Source of the DNA: an uncultured Gammaproteobacteria bacterium
GTDB taxonomy: Bacteria > Pseudomonadota > Gammaproteobacteria > UBA9214
NCBI GenBank assembly: GCA_963773065.1
Contig: CAVYZN010000014.1
Coordinates: forward strand, 136,476-200,475
DNA length: 64,000 nt
Direction: 5' to 3'
This document shows positions 47,230 to 60,756 of the stretch, piece after piece; the first letter of the stretch is position 1, and each line of letters opens with the position of its first letter. The notes under the pieces were generated by a model. That model made no database searches, was not told the origin of the DNA, and saw only the letters and a list, made by a program, of their open reading frames with translations. A program made the position numbers and the translations under genes.

Positions 47230-49337
47230 AACGTTTCATTTCCTGCGCCCTGAGTGGTTCCTGACCCTGCTGCCCCTGGCGTTGCTGCTCTGGCGGGTGC
47301 GCAAACCCGGCTCGATCGACAGCGCCTGGCGCCGGGTCTGCGATGCCAATCTGCTGCCCTACCTGTTGATCAGCCCGCACCAGGCCAACGCCCGCCTGCC
47401 GGTGTGGCTGCTCGCGGCGGGGTGGCTGATCGCGGTCATGGCGCTCGCCGACCCGGTATGGGAGAAGCAGCCGCAGCCGGTGTTTCGCACCGAGGAGGCG
47501 CGTGTCGTGGTGTTGGACCTGTCGCGCTCCATGGCAACGCCCGACCTCAAGCCATCGCGCCTGGAACGCGCCCGCTACAAGGTCGAGGACGTGCTCAGGC
47601 GCAGCCGGGAGGGACAGGTCGGCCTGGTGGCCTTCGCCGGCGATGCCTTCGTGGTCGCGCCCCTGACCCATGATGCCGGCACCATCGCGGAACTGCTCAA
47701 GGCGCTCGAACCCGGCCTCATGCCGGTGCAGGGCAGCCGCGCCGACCTGGGACTGCGCAAGGCCGGAGAACTGCTGGCGCAGGCGGGCGCCGGTCGCGGC
47801 GAGATTCTGCTGATCGGCGACGGTTACGAGGGCAGGCAGGCGCTCGAGGCGGCCGGGGACCTCAAGCGCCAGGGCTACACCGTGTCGGTGCTGGGCGTGG
47901 GGACGGAGGAGGGCGCGCCCCTGTCGAACGGCTCGGGCGGCTACGTGCGCGATGACGCCGGCGCTATCGTGGTGCCGAGGCTCGATACGCCGGCCCTGCG
48001 CGCGCTGGCCGACGCCGGCGGCGGGCGTTACGCCACCATCACCGGCAACGACGCGGATCTCGACGGGCTGCTGACACCGCTGGTTCCGCGGCTCGATACC
48101 AAAGTGGAGCAGACCGGACTGAAGACCGATGCCTGGCGCTCCCGCGGCCCCTGGCTCGCGGTGCTGCTGCTGCCGCTCGCCGCCCTGGCGTTTCGCCGCG
48201 GCTGGCTGCTGGTCGTGGTCCTGCTGGTCGCGGCAACCGTCACGGCGCCGGACCCGGCCAAGGCTTCGACCTGGGATGATCTGTGGACGCGGCGCGACCA
48301 GCAGGCCGCGCAGGCCCTCGCGGCGGGGGAGAATGCGCGGGCGGCGGAACTGGCGGCGGACCCGCGGCAACGGGGTACGGCGCAGTACCGCGCCGGCCGG
48401 TATGAGGAGGCGCTGGCGGCCTTCGCCGGGGCGGGCGGTCCGGATGCCGCCTACAATCAGGGCAATGCTCTCGCGCGGCTCGGCCGCTACCAGGAGGCCA
48501 TCGCCGCCTACGACCAGGCGCTGGCGGCGCAGCCGCACATGGAGGATGCGCAGCACAACAAGGCGGTGGTCGAGGCGCTGCTGCGACAGCAGGAGAAACA
48601 GGAGCAGGAGAGGCAACAGCAGGATAAACAGCAGGACAGCAGCAGCAACAGGACAAACAGCAAGGGCAGCAACAACAGGACCAGCAGCAGGGACAACAAT
48701 CCGGGCAGAGTCCGTCGGCGTCGGCGCAACCGGACGGTGGCCGTGGTGATGCTTCGACCGAGAAGGGCGCGGAGGGCAAGCCGCGGGAAACCGGCCAGGG
48801 GCAGGATGAATCCGCCGCGCCGTCTGCGAACGGCGGTGACGCACAGGCGGACAAGGCGCCGAAGCCATCAACCGATTCCGCCCATGACGCTCAACGGAAC
48901 GCCCAGACCAATGCCGATGCCGCGGCAGCAAACGCAGCGCAACAGAACGGGCAGGATGGAGCCGGGTCAAGGCCACGGGATGAGGATAAAACATCCGCAT
49001 CCGGCGCCGGGCAATCGTTGGCGCAGAAGGCGGATGAAAACCCGGATACCGACCCGAAGCGCAGGCGGCATCCGCCGCGCAGGACCGCCCGGAACCACCG
49101 GACGCGGCACGTCAACAAGCCGCTCAAGGGCAGGCCGGGGAGGGAACGGCGGAAAACCCCGAATCCCCGGGTGTACAGGCCGCGGCCGACCCGCAGACCA
49201 CCGAGGAGCAACAGGCCACGGAGCAGTGGTTGCGGCGCATCCCCGACGATCCGGGCGGGTTGCTGCGGCGCAAATTTCTCTACCAGTACCGGCAGCGTGC
49301 GGCGAATGCCGGCAGCGGCGGCAGCCAGGATTGGTGA
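47222..49337 (+). CDS. VWA + TPR protein (BatB/BatC-like) with Gln-rich linker, frameshifted
   Basis: DLSRSM, APLTHD, TPR YNQGNALARLG; a shifted-frame tail EQWLRRIPDDPGGLLRRKFLYQY. Confidence 0.9.
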
Positions 49338-49421
49338 ATCTGCTAAATTTATGGTGAACCGCCAGGAACGCCAGGCACTGCCGGACGATTGAGGATGTGA
49401 TTAAAATGGCACTTAACTTAA

Positions 49422-49568
49422 GCCGGAATGTGGGTGGTTAGCGTTTTTTGCGTAACCCACCCAACCGTTGCGTAGCAACACAACGGTTAGCGGGTGCCTG
49501 GCGACGCATCCGGTAGGTTACGGCGCAAACAACGTGCCTAACTCACCCTACATCGATTATGGAACCGC
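49422..49568. repeat. REPIN-like inverted REP doublet
   Basis: GGGTGGTTAGCG...CGTAACCCACCC, spacer hairpin AACCGTTG...CAACGGTT, then GGTAGGTTACGGC...GCCTAACTCACCCTAC. Confidence 0.75.
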
Positions 49569-49580
49569 TGGAGTAAGCCT

Positions 49581-51467
49581 ATGTTCAGGATACACACCTT
49601 GGGCGATCGCGGCAGATCGGTAATGGCAGGACCGCGGCTCGTTTTGTCGCTGTTGCTGGCGTTGTTGACGACCAATCTGTGGGCGGACGTGCGCGCAACC
49701 CTGGATCGCGCCACGATCACCGCGGGGGACACCGTCACATTGACCATCGAGGCCGAGGGGCAACAATCCCAGGGCAGTCGTCCGGATCTGTCTCCCCTGG
49801 AAAAGGATTTCACCGTCCTCGGCACCAGCACCAGCCAGCAGATGCAGGTCATCAATGGCCGGATGTCGAGCAGCGCCCAGTTGCACGTCGAACTGGAGCC
49901 GAAGCATGCCGGCCGCATCGAGATACCGGCGCTGCGGGTGGGCGGGGAAACGACCCGTCCCCTGACCCTGACGATCGCCGATCAGCCGGCGGCCGTGGGC
50001 AGCCAGCCCGGGAGTCCGCTGTATCTGGAGACCGAGGTGCAGCCGCGCGATGCCCCGACTTTCGTGCAGCAGCAGATTCAGTACACCGCGCGGCTTTATT
50101 ACAGCCTGCCGCTCATCGACGGGTCGCTCGGCGACCCCGAGCCGGAGCACGCGGTGGTGGAACGCCTCGGCGAGGGCAGGCGTTATCAAACCACGGTGAA
50201 CGGACAACGCTACCAGGTCATCGAGCGCAACTACGCGATCTTCCCGGAGCAGAGCGGCTCGTGCACCATCCCGCCGGTCACCTTCACGGGACGCGTGGCG
50301 ACGGGAGCCGCGCCGCGCAGTCCGTTCGGGCGCATGGATGCCATGATGGAGCAGTTCCTCGGACGCGATCCCTTCGGGAATGGTGGCTTTTTCGGCAATT
50401 CGTTCGGCGATCCCGGCAAACGCGTGCACGCGATCAGCGACTCGGTCACCGTGGAAGTGAAGCCGCGGCCGGCGGCGTATTCCGGCGCGAACTGGCTGCC
50501 GGCCGAGGATCTGGTGCTGCATGACAGTTGGGCCGAACAGCCGCCGGAGTTCCGGGCCGGTGAACCCGTGACCCGCACCATCGGCATCGACGCCAAGGGT
50601 CTGGCTGCCTCCCAACTGCCCGGGATACCGATGGCCGGGATCGCAAACGTGCGGGTGTATCCCGAACAGCCGGTGCGGGAGAGCCGCAGCGATGGCGCCG
50701 TGGTCTATGGCCACAGCGAGCAGTCGTTTGCGTTTGTCCCGACGCAAACGGGCAGGATCACCCTGCCGGAGATTCGCCTGAGCTGGTGGGATGTCGATGC
50801 GGGCAAGGAGCGGGTCGCCGAACTGCCGCCCTGGAACGTGGAAGTCCTGCCTGGCGCGGACGGTGTTCAGGATACACCCCCTGTCCAGACCCCCGCGCCT
50901 GTGGCCAAACCGCTGGTGCAGCCGGTGACCGTTCAGCCGGTGGGGCATCATAATACCCCGGCGGCGGATCGGAGCGCCGGCCTCGGGCCTGTGTGGCCCT
51001 GGCTGACGGGCGCGTGCGGACTGCTAGTGTTGGCTTCGTTATACTTATGGCGTCGCTCCAAACGCAACCCGCCGCTCGCCGCCGCCCCCGTGGCCGTGAA
51101 ACCGGCCGCAGCGGCTCCCGCTCCTGCGCCGGATCCTGCTGCGGCAAAACTCGCCTTGCAGCAGGCCTGTGATGGCAACGATGCACGCGCCGCCGCCCGG
51201 GCCTTGCTGGAGTGGGCCGCAGCCGAGTGGCCGGACAATCCACCGCGCAATCTGGGCGCGATCGCCTCCCGCCTAAAGAGCGGTGCGACCGAAATCCGCA
51301 GACTCGATCAGTCACTCTACGCACCCGGTGGCGCCGTCTGGGATGGCGCGGCGCTGGGGCAAACCTTCAGACAGGGTGTCGAGAAGAAGGCGGCGGAGCC
51401 GTCATCCGCGACCGGCGGATTGGCGCCGCTCTACCCGGAGTGGAACAGGCGGAGCAGGAGCGGCTGA
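49581..51467 (+). CDS. BatD-family protein
   Basis: Signal peptide, PDLSPLEKDF, YQVIERNYAIFPEQSG, WLPA, GEPVTRTI, LSWWD, C-terminal TM and LAPLYP. Confidence 0.9.
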   Translation: MFRIHTLGDRGRSVMAGPRLVLSLLLALLTTNLWADVRATLDRATITAGDTVTLTIEAEGQQSQGSRPDLSPLEKDFTVLGTSTSQQMQVINGRMSSSAQLHVELEPKHAGRIEIPALRVGGETTRPLTLTIADQPAAVGSQPGSPLYLETEVQPRDAPTFVQQQIQYTARLYYSLPLIDGSLGDPEPEHAVVERLGEGRRYQTTVNGQRYQVIERNYAIFPEQSGSCTIPPVTFTGRVATGAAPRSPFGRMDAMMEQFLGRDPFGNGGFFGNSFGDPGKRVHAISDSVTVEVKPRPAAYSGANWLPAEDLVLHDSWAEQPPEFRAGEPVTRTIGIDAKGLAASQLPGIPMAGIANVRVYPEQPVRESRSDGAVVYGHSEQSFAFVPTQTGRITLPEIRLSWWDVDAGKERVAELPPWNVEVLPGADGVQDTPPVQTPAPVAKPLVQPVTVQPVGHHNTPAADRSAGLGPVWPWLTGACGLLVLASLYLWRRSKRNPPLAAAPVAVKPAAAAPAPAPDPAAAKLALQQACDGNDARAAARALLEWAAAEWPDNPPRNLGAIASRLKSGATEIRRLDQSLYAPGGAVWDGAALGQTFRQGVEKKAAEPSSATGGLAPLYPEWNRRSRSG

Positions 51468-51479
51468 TGCGATGTACTG

Positions 51480-51833
51480 CTATTCCTTCTCCAGTTCGAT
51501 GACGCAGTCCGGCTTCAGATCGAAGACATAGAACCCGCCGGCATCGATATCGACGACGGTGCTGCAGCGTTTGCCCCCGCGCAGGTAGCCGAACAGGTAT
51601 TCGCCCGGGTCCATGACAAAGGTGAAGTCGTTCGTGTCTCCGAAACGGTAGATCGGTTCATCATTGATGGTGAACGTCAGGTCATGCAGCAAGCCGTCGG
51701 CCACATCCTTGTGTATCCTGATGTTCGCCGAGGCGGACTGCGTGTTGGGAATCGGCGGCTGATTGATGATGCCGCTGGACGCGCAGCCGCTGAGAAGTAC
51801 AAGGATGAGATAATGAACAAGCCGGTTTGTCAT
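51480..51833 (-). CDS. Hypothetical lipoprotein
   Basis: Lipobox LLSGC after a hydrophobic stretch; 117 aa. Confidence 0.75.
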   Translation of the reverse strand: MTNRLVHYLILVLLSGCASSGIINQPPIPNTQSASANIRIHKDVADGLLHDLTFTINDEPIYRFGDTNDFTFVMDPGEYLFGYLRGGKRCSTVVDIDAGGFYVFDLKPDCVIELEKE

Positions 51834-52236
51834 ACGCTTTCCTGTCCTTGTGTGGGCGGGGTGTATATTGCATCCCGTAAAGGATGCGCCACTGGGTCCA
51901 AAAAATCCATGAACGTCGTACCCGGATACAGCCGTCGGGCATCTATATCCGAGTTTTGGCGGCAGGTCCCGGATTGCGGTCCATCGGGTGTGCCTCCGGG
52001 TTGCCTACCTCCTGCAAGATTCAATCATCACTCCGCGCGGGCTTCGGGTGGCGGCTTGGGTTATAGTGTTGATGGTGACTTTTATGCCCGGTCGGCGTTG
52101 CGGTTGCAACCGACAGTCAGCGCAGGCCGGATTTTCGGACGGGGAAGACTGATTCGCCCCCTAGTGGCGTATTTTTAAGACAGCACACCCATGCCGAACG
52201 TGAGCGTTCTCCTGCTAACAACCTGAGGGTTTAACC

Positions 52237-52725
52237 ATGACATGTCTGAGAAAAAACTTCCCTAAACTGCTGTGCCTGACAGCCATCACCCTGAGCGCGG
52301 GTCCGCTGCTCGATACCGCCGTGGCCGAAACGGTATACAAATCGGTCGACGCGGAGGGCAATGTCACCTTTTCCAATACGCCACCGGCGCAGGGCGTTGA
52401 AACCCAGACGATCGAGTTACAGCCCGGCCCCACGCCCGCGCAGCAGCAGCAAAGCATCGAGACTGAACAGAACCTGGAAACGCAGAGCAATGAAATCCCC
52501 GTGGAGAATTCCCCGGCCGAGCAACAGCAGCCACTCGTGCAGCCGACCACGGAGAATCAGCAGGACTCCGGCGATGCCGGGGATGATCAGGAACCCGTCG
52601 TTGTCGATGATGGCTATGTGGGCGACCGCTACCAGGACGAACGCCTGCGCGAAGGCGTCAACGAGGGGATAGAGGGCCGCCCGGCGCCGGCCGATGTCCC
52701 CCATCCGGCGGCGCGCGTCCGCTAG
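52237..52725 (+). CDS. DUF4124-domain secreted protein
   Basis: Signal peptide then TVYKSVDAEGNVTFSNTPP and a low-complexity tail. Confidence 0.85.
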   Translation: MTCLRKNFPKLLCLTAITLSAGPLLDTAVAETVYKSVDAEGNVTFSNTPPAQGVETQTIELQPGPTPAQQQQSIETEQNLETQSNEIPVENSPAEQQQPLVQPTTENQQDSGDAGDDQEPVVVDDGYVGDRYQDERLREGVNEGIEGRPAPADVPHPAARVR

Positions 52726-52748
52726 CAACCGGGTCGAATGAGGGTGAC

Positions 52749-52967
52749 ATGATGAGCGAAGCGACTAAAAAGCTCGGCATCGAGGCAGCCAAGTTGCTGC
52801 CGGAGGAGCGCATGGAATTGGTGGATGAGATCCTGGCCAGCCTCGATCGACCGGATGAGCGTATGGATCGACTATGGGCCAAAGAGGCCGAAGACCGGTT
52901 AGCCGCCTATCGCCGGGGCGAGATCAACGCCGTCGATCTGGAGGAAGTGCTGGCGAAATATAAGTGA
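52749..52967 (+). CDS. Addiction-module antitoxin (TIGR02574-like), orphan
   Basis: LLPEERMELVDEILASLD...WAKEAEDRLAAYRRG. Confidence 0.85.
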   Translation: MMSEATKKLGIEAAKLLPEERMELVDEILASLDRPDERMDRLWAKEAEDRLAAYRRGEINAVDLEEVLAKYK

Positions 52968-53023
52968 AAATCCGCCTTCCCGCTTGACGACATGCGCTTT
53001 GCCTCCGCGCGGAGAGACTGCAA

Positions 53024-54241
53024 ATGAAATCCCGGACATCAGAGTCCAGTGACGGTTTGGGTTCGCTCCCGGCTCCGCAAGACTTCTCGCTCGTCCTGGG
53101 CGGGCCGCTCTTCCAGCTTCTGCTTCGGGCGCATCTGTCCGACGATGCGCTCACGCTGGTGCGCCAACGCATCATCGTCATCGCGCTGCTTGCCTGGCTG
53201 CCGCTCCTGGTGCTCTCGACTCTGGAAGGACAGGTGCTGGGCGGGAGTGTGGCCGTACCCTTCCTGCTGGACGTGGAAGTTCACGTCCGCTTCCTGGTGG
53301 CGATGCCCCTGTTGATCGCTGCCGAGCTTGTGGTGCACCGGCGCATGCGTCCCCTGCTGCAGCAATTCCTGGAACGGCATTTGATTCCCGAGAGCGCCAT
53401 GACGCGGTTCAATGCCGCCATCGCGGCGGCGTTTCGGTTGCGCAATTCGGTGCTCGCCGAGGTGCTGCTGATCGCCTTCGTGTATGCCGTCGGTATCCTG
53501 ATCGTCTGGCGCCACTACCTGGCGCTCGACGCGGCCACGTGGTACGCGACACCGTCCGTCGAGGGCACGAAACTCTCGCTCGCCGGGATGTGGTTTGGCT
53601 ATGTGAGTCTGCCGATCTTCCAGTTCCTGCTGTTGCGCTGGTATTTCCGGCTGTTTATCTGGATGCGCTTTCTCTGGCAGGTGTCACGCATCGAGTTGAG
53701 CCTGGTTCCCACGCATCCGGATCGCCTCGGCGGCCTGGGATTCCTTTCCGGCACGGTCTACGCCTTCGCCGTGCTCGCGGTCGCGCACGGCGCACTGCTT
53801 GCCGGGAATCTTGCCAACCGCATTTTCTACCTCGGGGCCGCACTGCCCGAGTTCAAGATCGAGATCGCCGTCATGGTCATCTTTCTGCTGTGCGTGGTCA
53901 TCGGCCCGCTGCTGGTGTTTACGCCGCAGCTCGCTCAGGCGAAGCGGACGGGCAATCGCGAATATGGCGCGCTGGCCGAGCGTTACGTGCGCGAGTTCGA
54001 TGCCAAATGGCTGCGCGGCGGCGCGCCTGCCGATGAGCCGTTGGTGGGCAGCGGCGACATCCAGTCCCTCGCCGATCTGGGCAATAGTCTCGAGGTGGTG
54101 CGGACCATGCGACTCGCGCCGGTTACGAAGGAGGCTGTCCTCCGACTCGTGGTCGCGACACTCGCGCCGATCGTGCCGCTGGCACTCACCATGATGCCGC
54201 TGGAAGAACTGCTGAAAACGCTGGTCGGCGTATTGTTCTAG
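53024..54241 (+). CDS. Uncharacterised multi-TM membrane protein
   Basis: 405 aa; FSLVLGGPLF, PTHPDRLGGLGFL, DIQSLADLGNS. Confidence 0.8.
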   Translation: MKSRTSESSDGLGSLPAPQDFSLVLGGPLFQLLLRAHLSDDALTLVRQRIIVIALLAWLPLLVLSTLEGQVLGGSVAVPFLLDVEVHVRFLVAMPLLIAAELVVHRRMRPLLQQFLERHLIPESAMTRFNAAIAAAFRLRNSVLAEVLLIAFVYAVGILIVWRHYLALDAATWYATPSVEGTKLSLAGMWFGYVSLPIFQFLLLRWYFRLFIWMRFLWQVSRIELSLVPTHPDRLGGLGFLSGTVYAFAVLAVAHGALLAGNLANRIFYLGAALPEFKIEIAVMVIFLLCVVIGPLLVFTPQLAQAKRTGNREYGALAERYVREFDAKWLRGGAPADEPLVGSGDIQSLADLGNSLEVVRTMRLAPVTKEAVLRLVVATLAPIVPLALTMMPLEELLKTLVGVLF

Positions 54242-54360
54242 GGAACCTTAGTTCGTACGCCTTGATTTTTGCCGCGAAGACGATGAGTGCGCGCAGGACG
54301 ACGATGCAGAGTCACGCGCGCGGCAGCGCAGACCGGCATACAACCACGGGAGAGTATCCG

Positions 54361-55599
54361 ATGAAGCAGACTATGAGCTGGTTACCGAAAATCGTCTTGA
54401 GTGCGGCCGCGCTTCTGCTTATTCACGGCTGCGCGACGGCGCCGACACGGCTGGAAGCGGTGCCTCACGCGTTGACCGCGCAAGCCGAAATCCCGGGAAT
54501 GCCCGGGGTGCGTTACGTCGGCGGAGGGGACATGAGCGAGCTCGCCAGAAGCGCGCTCGACTCGTTCCGTAAAGAACAGGAATACCTGGCGAAGCAGGGA
54601 CACACGGGGCCCCTGCCGCCCGCGGCCTTTCTGGCCATTTCCGGGGGCGGCGACAACGGCGCCTACACGGCGGGCTTGCTCAACGGCTGGACGGCAGCGG
54701 GGACGCGGCCCGAGTTCAAGCTCGTCACCGGCATCAGCACCGGCGCGCTGATTGCGCCGTTCGCCTTTCTCGGGCCAAAGTACGATGCGACGCTGAAGGA
54801 GGTCTATACCACCATCTCGCCGAAAGACATTATCGAGCCGCGCAGCCTGATCGGTGGCGTCCTCGGCGACGCGATGGCGGACAGCACACCGTTGTGGAAT
54901 CTGACGCGCAAATCCGTGAACGCGGATCTGCTGAAGGCGATCGCCGCGGAGTACGCGAAGGGCCGCTTTCTGTTGATCGCCACCGCCGACCTGGATGCGC
55001 GCCGCGGCATCATCTGGGACATGGGAAAAATCGCGACCTACGGCGGTCCCAAGGCATTGGAGCTGTTCATTAGCGTCATGATCGCTTCCGCCTCCATTCC
55101 GGGGGGGTTCCCGCCGGTGCTGATCGATGTGGAGGCCGGCGGCAAGCGCTACCAGGAAATGCACGTCGACGGCGGCACCATGGCGCAGGTGTTCGCTTAT
55201 CCTCCGTCACTCCACATCAGGGCGATGTCGGCGGCAAGCGGGGTTACCCGCGAGCGCAGGCTCTACGTGATACGCAACGCGAGGCTGGACCCGGACTGGG
55301 CGCAGGTCGAGCGCAATACGATGAGCATCGCCGGGCGCGCGATCGCCTCGTTGATCCACAACCAGGGCATCGGCGACCTCTACCGCATCTACGCCACCGC
55401 CCAGCGCGACGGCGTCGATTTCAACCTGGCCTTCATTCCGTCCAGCTTCAACGTCCCCCACAAGGAAGAGTTCGACAACACATACATGCGCGCGCTTTAC
55501 GACGTGGGCTATGATCTCGCGGTAAAGGGATACCCGTGGATGAAGACGCCGCCCGGATTCGCCCCGCCGGACGATGCCGCCGCAACGGGAACAAAATGA
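54361..55599 (+). CDS. Patatin-like phospholipase, lipoprotein
   Basis: Lipobox IHGC; LAISGGGDNGA, VTGISTG, ASASIPG, HVDGG. Confidence 0.92.
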   Translation: MKQTMSWLPKIVLSAAALLLIHGCATAPTRLEAVPHALTAQAEIPGMPGVRYVGGGDMSELARSALDSFRKEQEYLAKQGHTGPLPPAAFLAISGGGDNGAYTAGLLNGWTAAGTRPEFKLVTGISTGALIAPFAFLGPKYDATLKEVYTTISPKDIIEPRSLIGGVLGDAMADSTPLWNLTRKSVNADLLKAIAAEYAKGRFLLIATADLDARRGIIWDMGKIATYGGPKALELFISVMIASASIPGGFPPVLIDVEAGGKRYQEMHVDGGTMAQVFAYPPSLHIRAMSAASGVTRERRLYVIRNARLDPDWAQVERNTMSIAGRAIASLIHNQGIGDLYRIYATAQRDGVDFNLAFIPSSFNVPHKEEFDNTYMRALYDVGYDLAVKGYPWMKTPPGFAPPDDAAATGTK

Positions 55600-55643
55600 T
55601 GGCGCTCCCGTGCGGGTGACACGTGGAGAGATAAGGAAGCACG

Positions 55644-56774
55644 ATGATGAAAACCACCCGCACACAAAATCTCCTCGCCGCCGCGCGCGGCTTCCCTGGC
55701 CTCGCTGCAACGAAGCTTTGCCTGTGGGGTGGGGCGGCGGCGCTGCTCACTGGTTGCGCACATCTCGGCCCCGGAACCATTCCGGTGGACCGTTTCGATT
55801 ACAGCTCCGCGATCTCCGATTCGTGGAAGCAGCAAACGCTTTTGAACATCGTCAAGCTGCGCTACATGGACTTGCCGGTCTTCGTGGAAGTGTCGTCCAT
55901 CGTCAGCGGCTACTCGTTGGCGACCGGTGTGGACGTCGGTCGCACCGTCTCGTCCGAAACGGCGGTCCAGGGCGATTTCGTGTCGGCAAGCGCGCAAGCC
56001 ATCTACACCGACCGGCCCACCATCACCTATGTGCCGCTGACCGGGGAGAAGTTTTTGCGGGGACTCTTAACGCCGATTGATCCGAAGAACATTTTCTTCA
56101 TGCTCCAGGCAGGTTATGCGGCGGACTTTATCCTGGGTCTGACCGTCGAGTCGCTCAACGGCGTTCGCAATCGTTCGACAGTGGGCGGCACGGTGCGGGA
56201 AGCGGACCCGGAGTTTGTGCGCGCGCTTGAGTTGATTCGCGAAGTGCAGGCTGCCGGCGCGGTCGGGATGCGCGTGGAGGAGGACAAGTCCAAAGTCTCG
56301 ACCGCCGTGCTGTTCTTCCGGCGCGATGACGTGTCCGCTGACATCGTGGAGAAATCGGCTGAAGTCCGGCGGTTGCTCAAGCTGCCCCCCGACCTGCAGA
56401 AGTTCGTCCTCGTCTATTCGCCGGTGCGCGGGGCGGAAAACGAACTGGCCGTGAACAGCCGCTCGATGCTGCAGATCATGGGAGCCTTCGCGAGCTACCT
56501 GGACGTACCGGAGGTCCACCTGAAGGAACACAGCGCCATGCCGGCTTTTGAAAACTCCGCCCCGGAGAACCGGCGGAACAAGGTGCGGATTCACAGCGGC
56601 AAGGACAAGCCGGCCGCCGCCTTCGCCGCCGTGCGTTACCGCGACCACTGGTTCTGGATTGACGACGGCGACTGGCAAACGAAACGCGCGCTCACGGCGG
56701 TCATGTTTTTCTTCGCGCTCGCGGAAACCGGCGGCAACGAGAATCTGCCGTTGATCACCATCCCGGCGCAATAG
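55644..56774 (+). CDS. Uncharacterised lipoprotein
   Basis: LLTGC; LLNIVKLRY, DRPTITYVPLTG, VRYRDHWFWIDD. Confidence 0.8.
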   Translation: MMKTTRTQNLLAAARGFPGLAATKLCLWGGAAALLTGCAHLGPGTIPVDRFDYSSAISDSWKQQTLLNIVKLRYMDLPVFVEVSSIVSGYSLATGVDVGRTVSSETAVQGDFVSASAQAIYTDRPTITYVPLTGEKFLRGLLTPIDPKNIFFMLQAGYAADFILGLTVESLNGVRNRSTVGGTVREADPEFVRALELIREVQAAGAVGMRVEEDKSKVSTAVLFFRRDDVSADIVEKSAEVRRLLKLPPDLQKFVLVYSPVRGAENELAVNSRSMLQIMGAFASYLDVPEVHLKEHSAMPAFENSAPENRRNKVRIHSGKDKPAAAFAAVRYRDHWFWIDDGDWQTKRALTAVMFFFALAETGGNENLPLITIPAQ

Positions 56775-57013
56775 GCGTGTTCATTAGTTAGTGAAATCAT
56801 GATTACCATGGAATCGCATCTTGCAGGCATGGCGGTCACGACATAACATGACGCCGCAGAGTGTAGGAGCGGACGTGTAGCGGGCCGGCGACGGTTACGG
56901 GCATGCACACGACTTCGGTTTCGGGACGGCAATCCCCTCGTAGCCGGGTTAGCGGAAACGCATCCTGCGCGCCTATCGGCGCGCGGAATATTCGTTATTG
57001 GGAGTCAGACCTT

Positions 57014-59754
<2,741 letters not shown>

Positions 59755-59814
59755 CCCTCTCTTGCCCGGCCTTCAAACCGCGGGGCGATGTTTCGGCATC
59801 GCGGTCGCTGGGTC

Positions 59815-59864
59815 GATGTACAAGGAAGTACAAGTGTCGCGAGAGGCAGGAAGCCGGGAGCGAC
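59815..59864 (+). repeat. Twin-GGA-hairpin mini-element, intergenic copy
   Basis: TGTAC-AAGGAA-GTACA...GTCGC GAGA GGC-AGGAA-GCC GGGA GCGAC; same layout as 37707-37755. Confidence 0.7.
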
Positions 59865-60000
59865 CAGCAGTCGGGCAAGAACTGACCCCGGGATGGCCGT
59901 GATCTAACGCCCGGCGCGCCTGCCATTGCGCAAGTCTCTGATCAATCCACTTCACCCAACGGGCTGATCCTTTTCGTTGGCCGGAACCCGACACTCGGTC

Positions 60001-60756
60001 CTACTGGCCGAGATGCGCGAGGGCGGCGCGCAGCGGGGCGCTGGAGATCTGAATCAGTCCTGCATAAGGATTGTACATCTCCAGGATCAGGAAGATTGCG
60101 CCGGACACCGACAGCGCGGAGACGAACAAGCTTGAGACCACGGTCCCGTTGAAAGGGGCGAAGAGGCCGAAACTGATGAAAATGAAAGTGAGCCAGAGTA
60201 CCAGCACGACCAGCATCGGTATGGAAACTGAGGTAGCCGTCTGTTCGTACATCAACCAGCGCGTTTTTCCAAGATCCATCGCGAGACTCAACGCCTGGCT
60301 CTGAAGCGAGCGTTGCGCGTCGTTTTTCGGCGAGAGCCCCTGGATTTTTTCGTAGAAAATTTCGCCGCCGGCGGGCGGCGTCGCCATTGGGGAAGAGTCG
60401 TCTTTCGACCACAACTGATCGTGAAGGCGGGCAACAGCGCCGCGCAGCAGAGCACGCGTCTCCTTCGTCTCCGGTCCGTACACGGCCATAATGCGGTCGA
60501 GCAAGGCGACGTTGGCGGACATCTGTGTCAGTTCCGCGCTTTGCGCGTCGTAGGAACCCTTGGCCGAGGCGACCAGCAGGCCCAGGACAAGGGCGGCCAT
60601 CGTCCCGACCAGTCCCATTCCCAGCTTGACGACATCCTTGGTATCGGCGCTCAGATGATGCTGGGGCAGAACGGCGTGAAGAAAAATGCCGAGCAGCGCC
60701 CCACCAAAAACGCACGCGAACACGATCAAGCTGATTGTGACGGAACTCATGATCAC
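60001..60756 (-). CDS. DUF4239-like membrane protein
   Basis: GLVGTMAALVLGLLVASAKGSYD, IFLILEMYNPYAGLIQISSAP; four TM segments. Confidence 0.75.
   Translation of the reverse strand: MIMSSVTISLIVFACVFGGALLGIFLHAVLPQHHLSADTKDVVKLGMGLVGTMAALVLGLLVASAKGSYDAQSAELTQMSANVALLDRIMAVYGPETKETRALLRGAVARLHDQLWSKDDSSPMATPPAGGEIFYEKIQGLSPKNDAQRSLQSQALSLAMDLGKTRWLMYEQTATSVSIPMLVVLVLWLTFIFISFGLFAPFNGTVVSSLFVSALSVSGAIFLILEMYNPYAGLIQISSAPLRAALAHLGQ

Noticed and set aside
48585-48700. CAGCAGGAC/CAACAGGAC repeats resembling a CRISPR or Csr sRNA array
   Set aside because: They encode the Gln-rich linker of the VWA-TPR protein, with no fixed repeat-spacer period and no stems.
51860-52030. Possible ncRNA or further mini-element copy (TTGCCTACCTCCTGCA; GCATCC-CGTAAA-GGATGC hairpin)
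   Set aside because: The match to the hsdR element is short and lacks the two spaced hairpins, so it is too weak to call.
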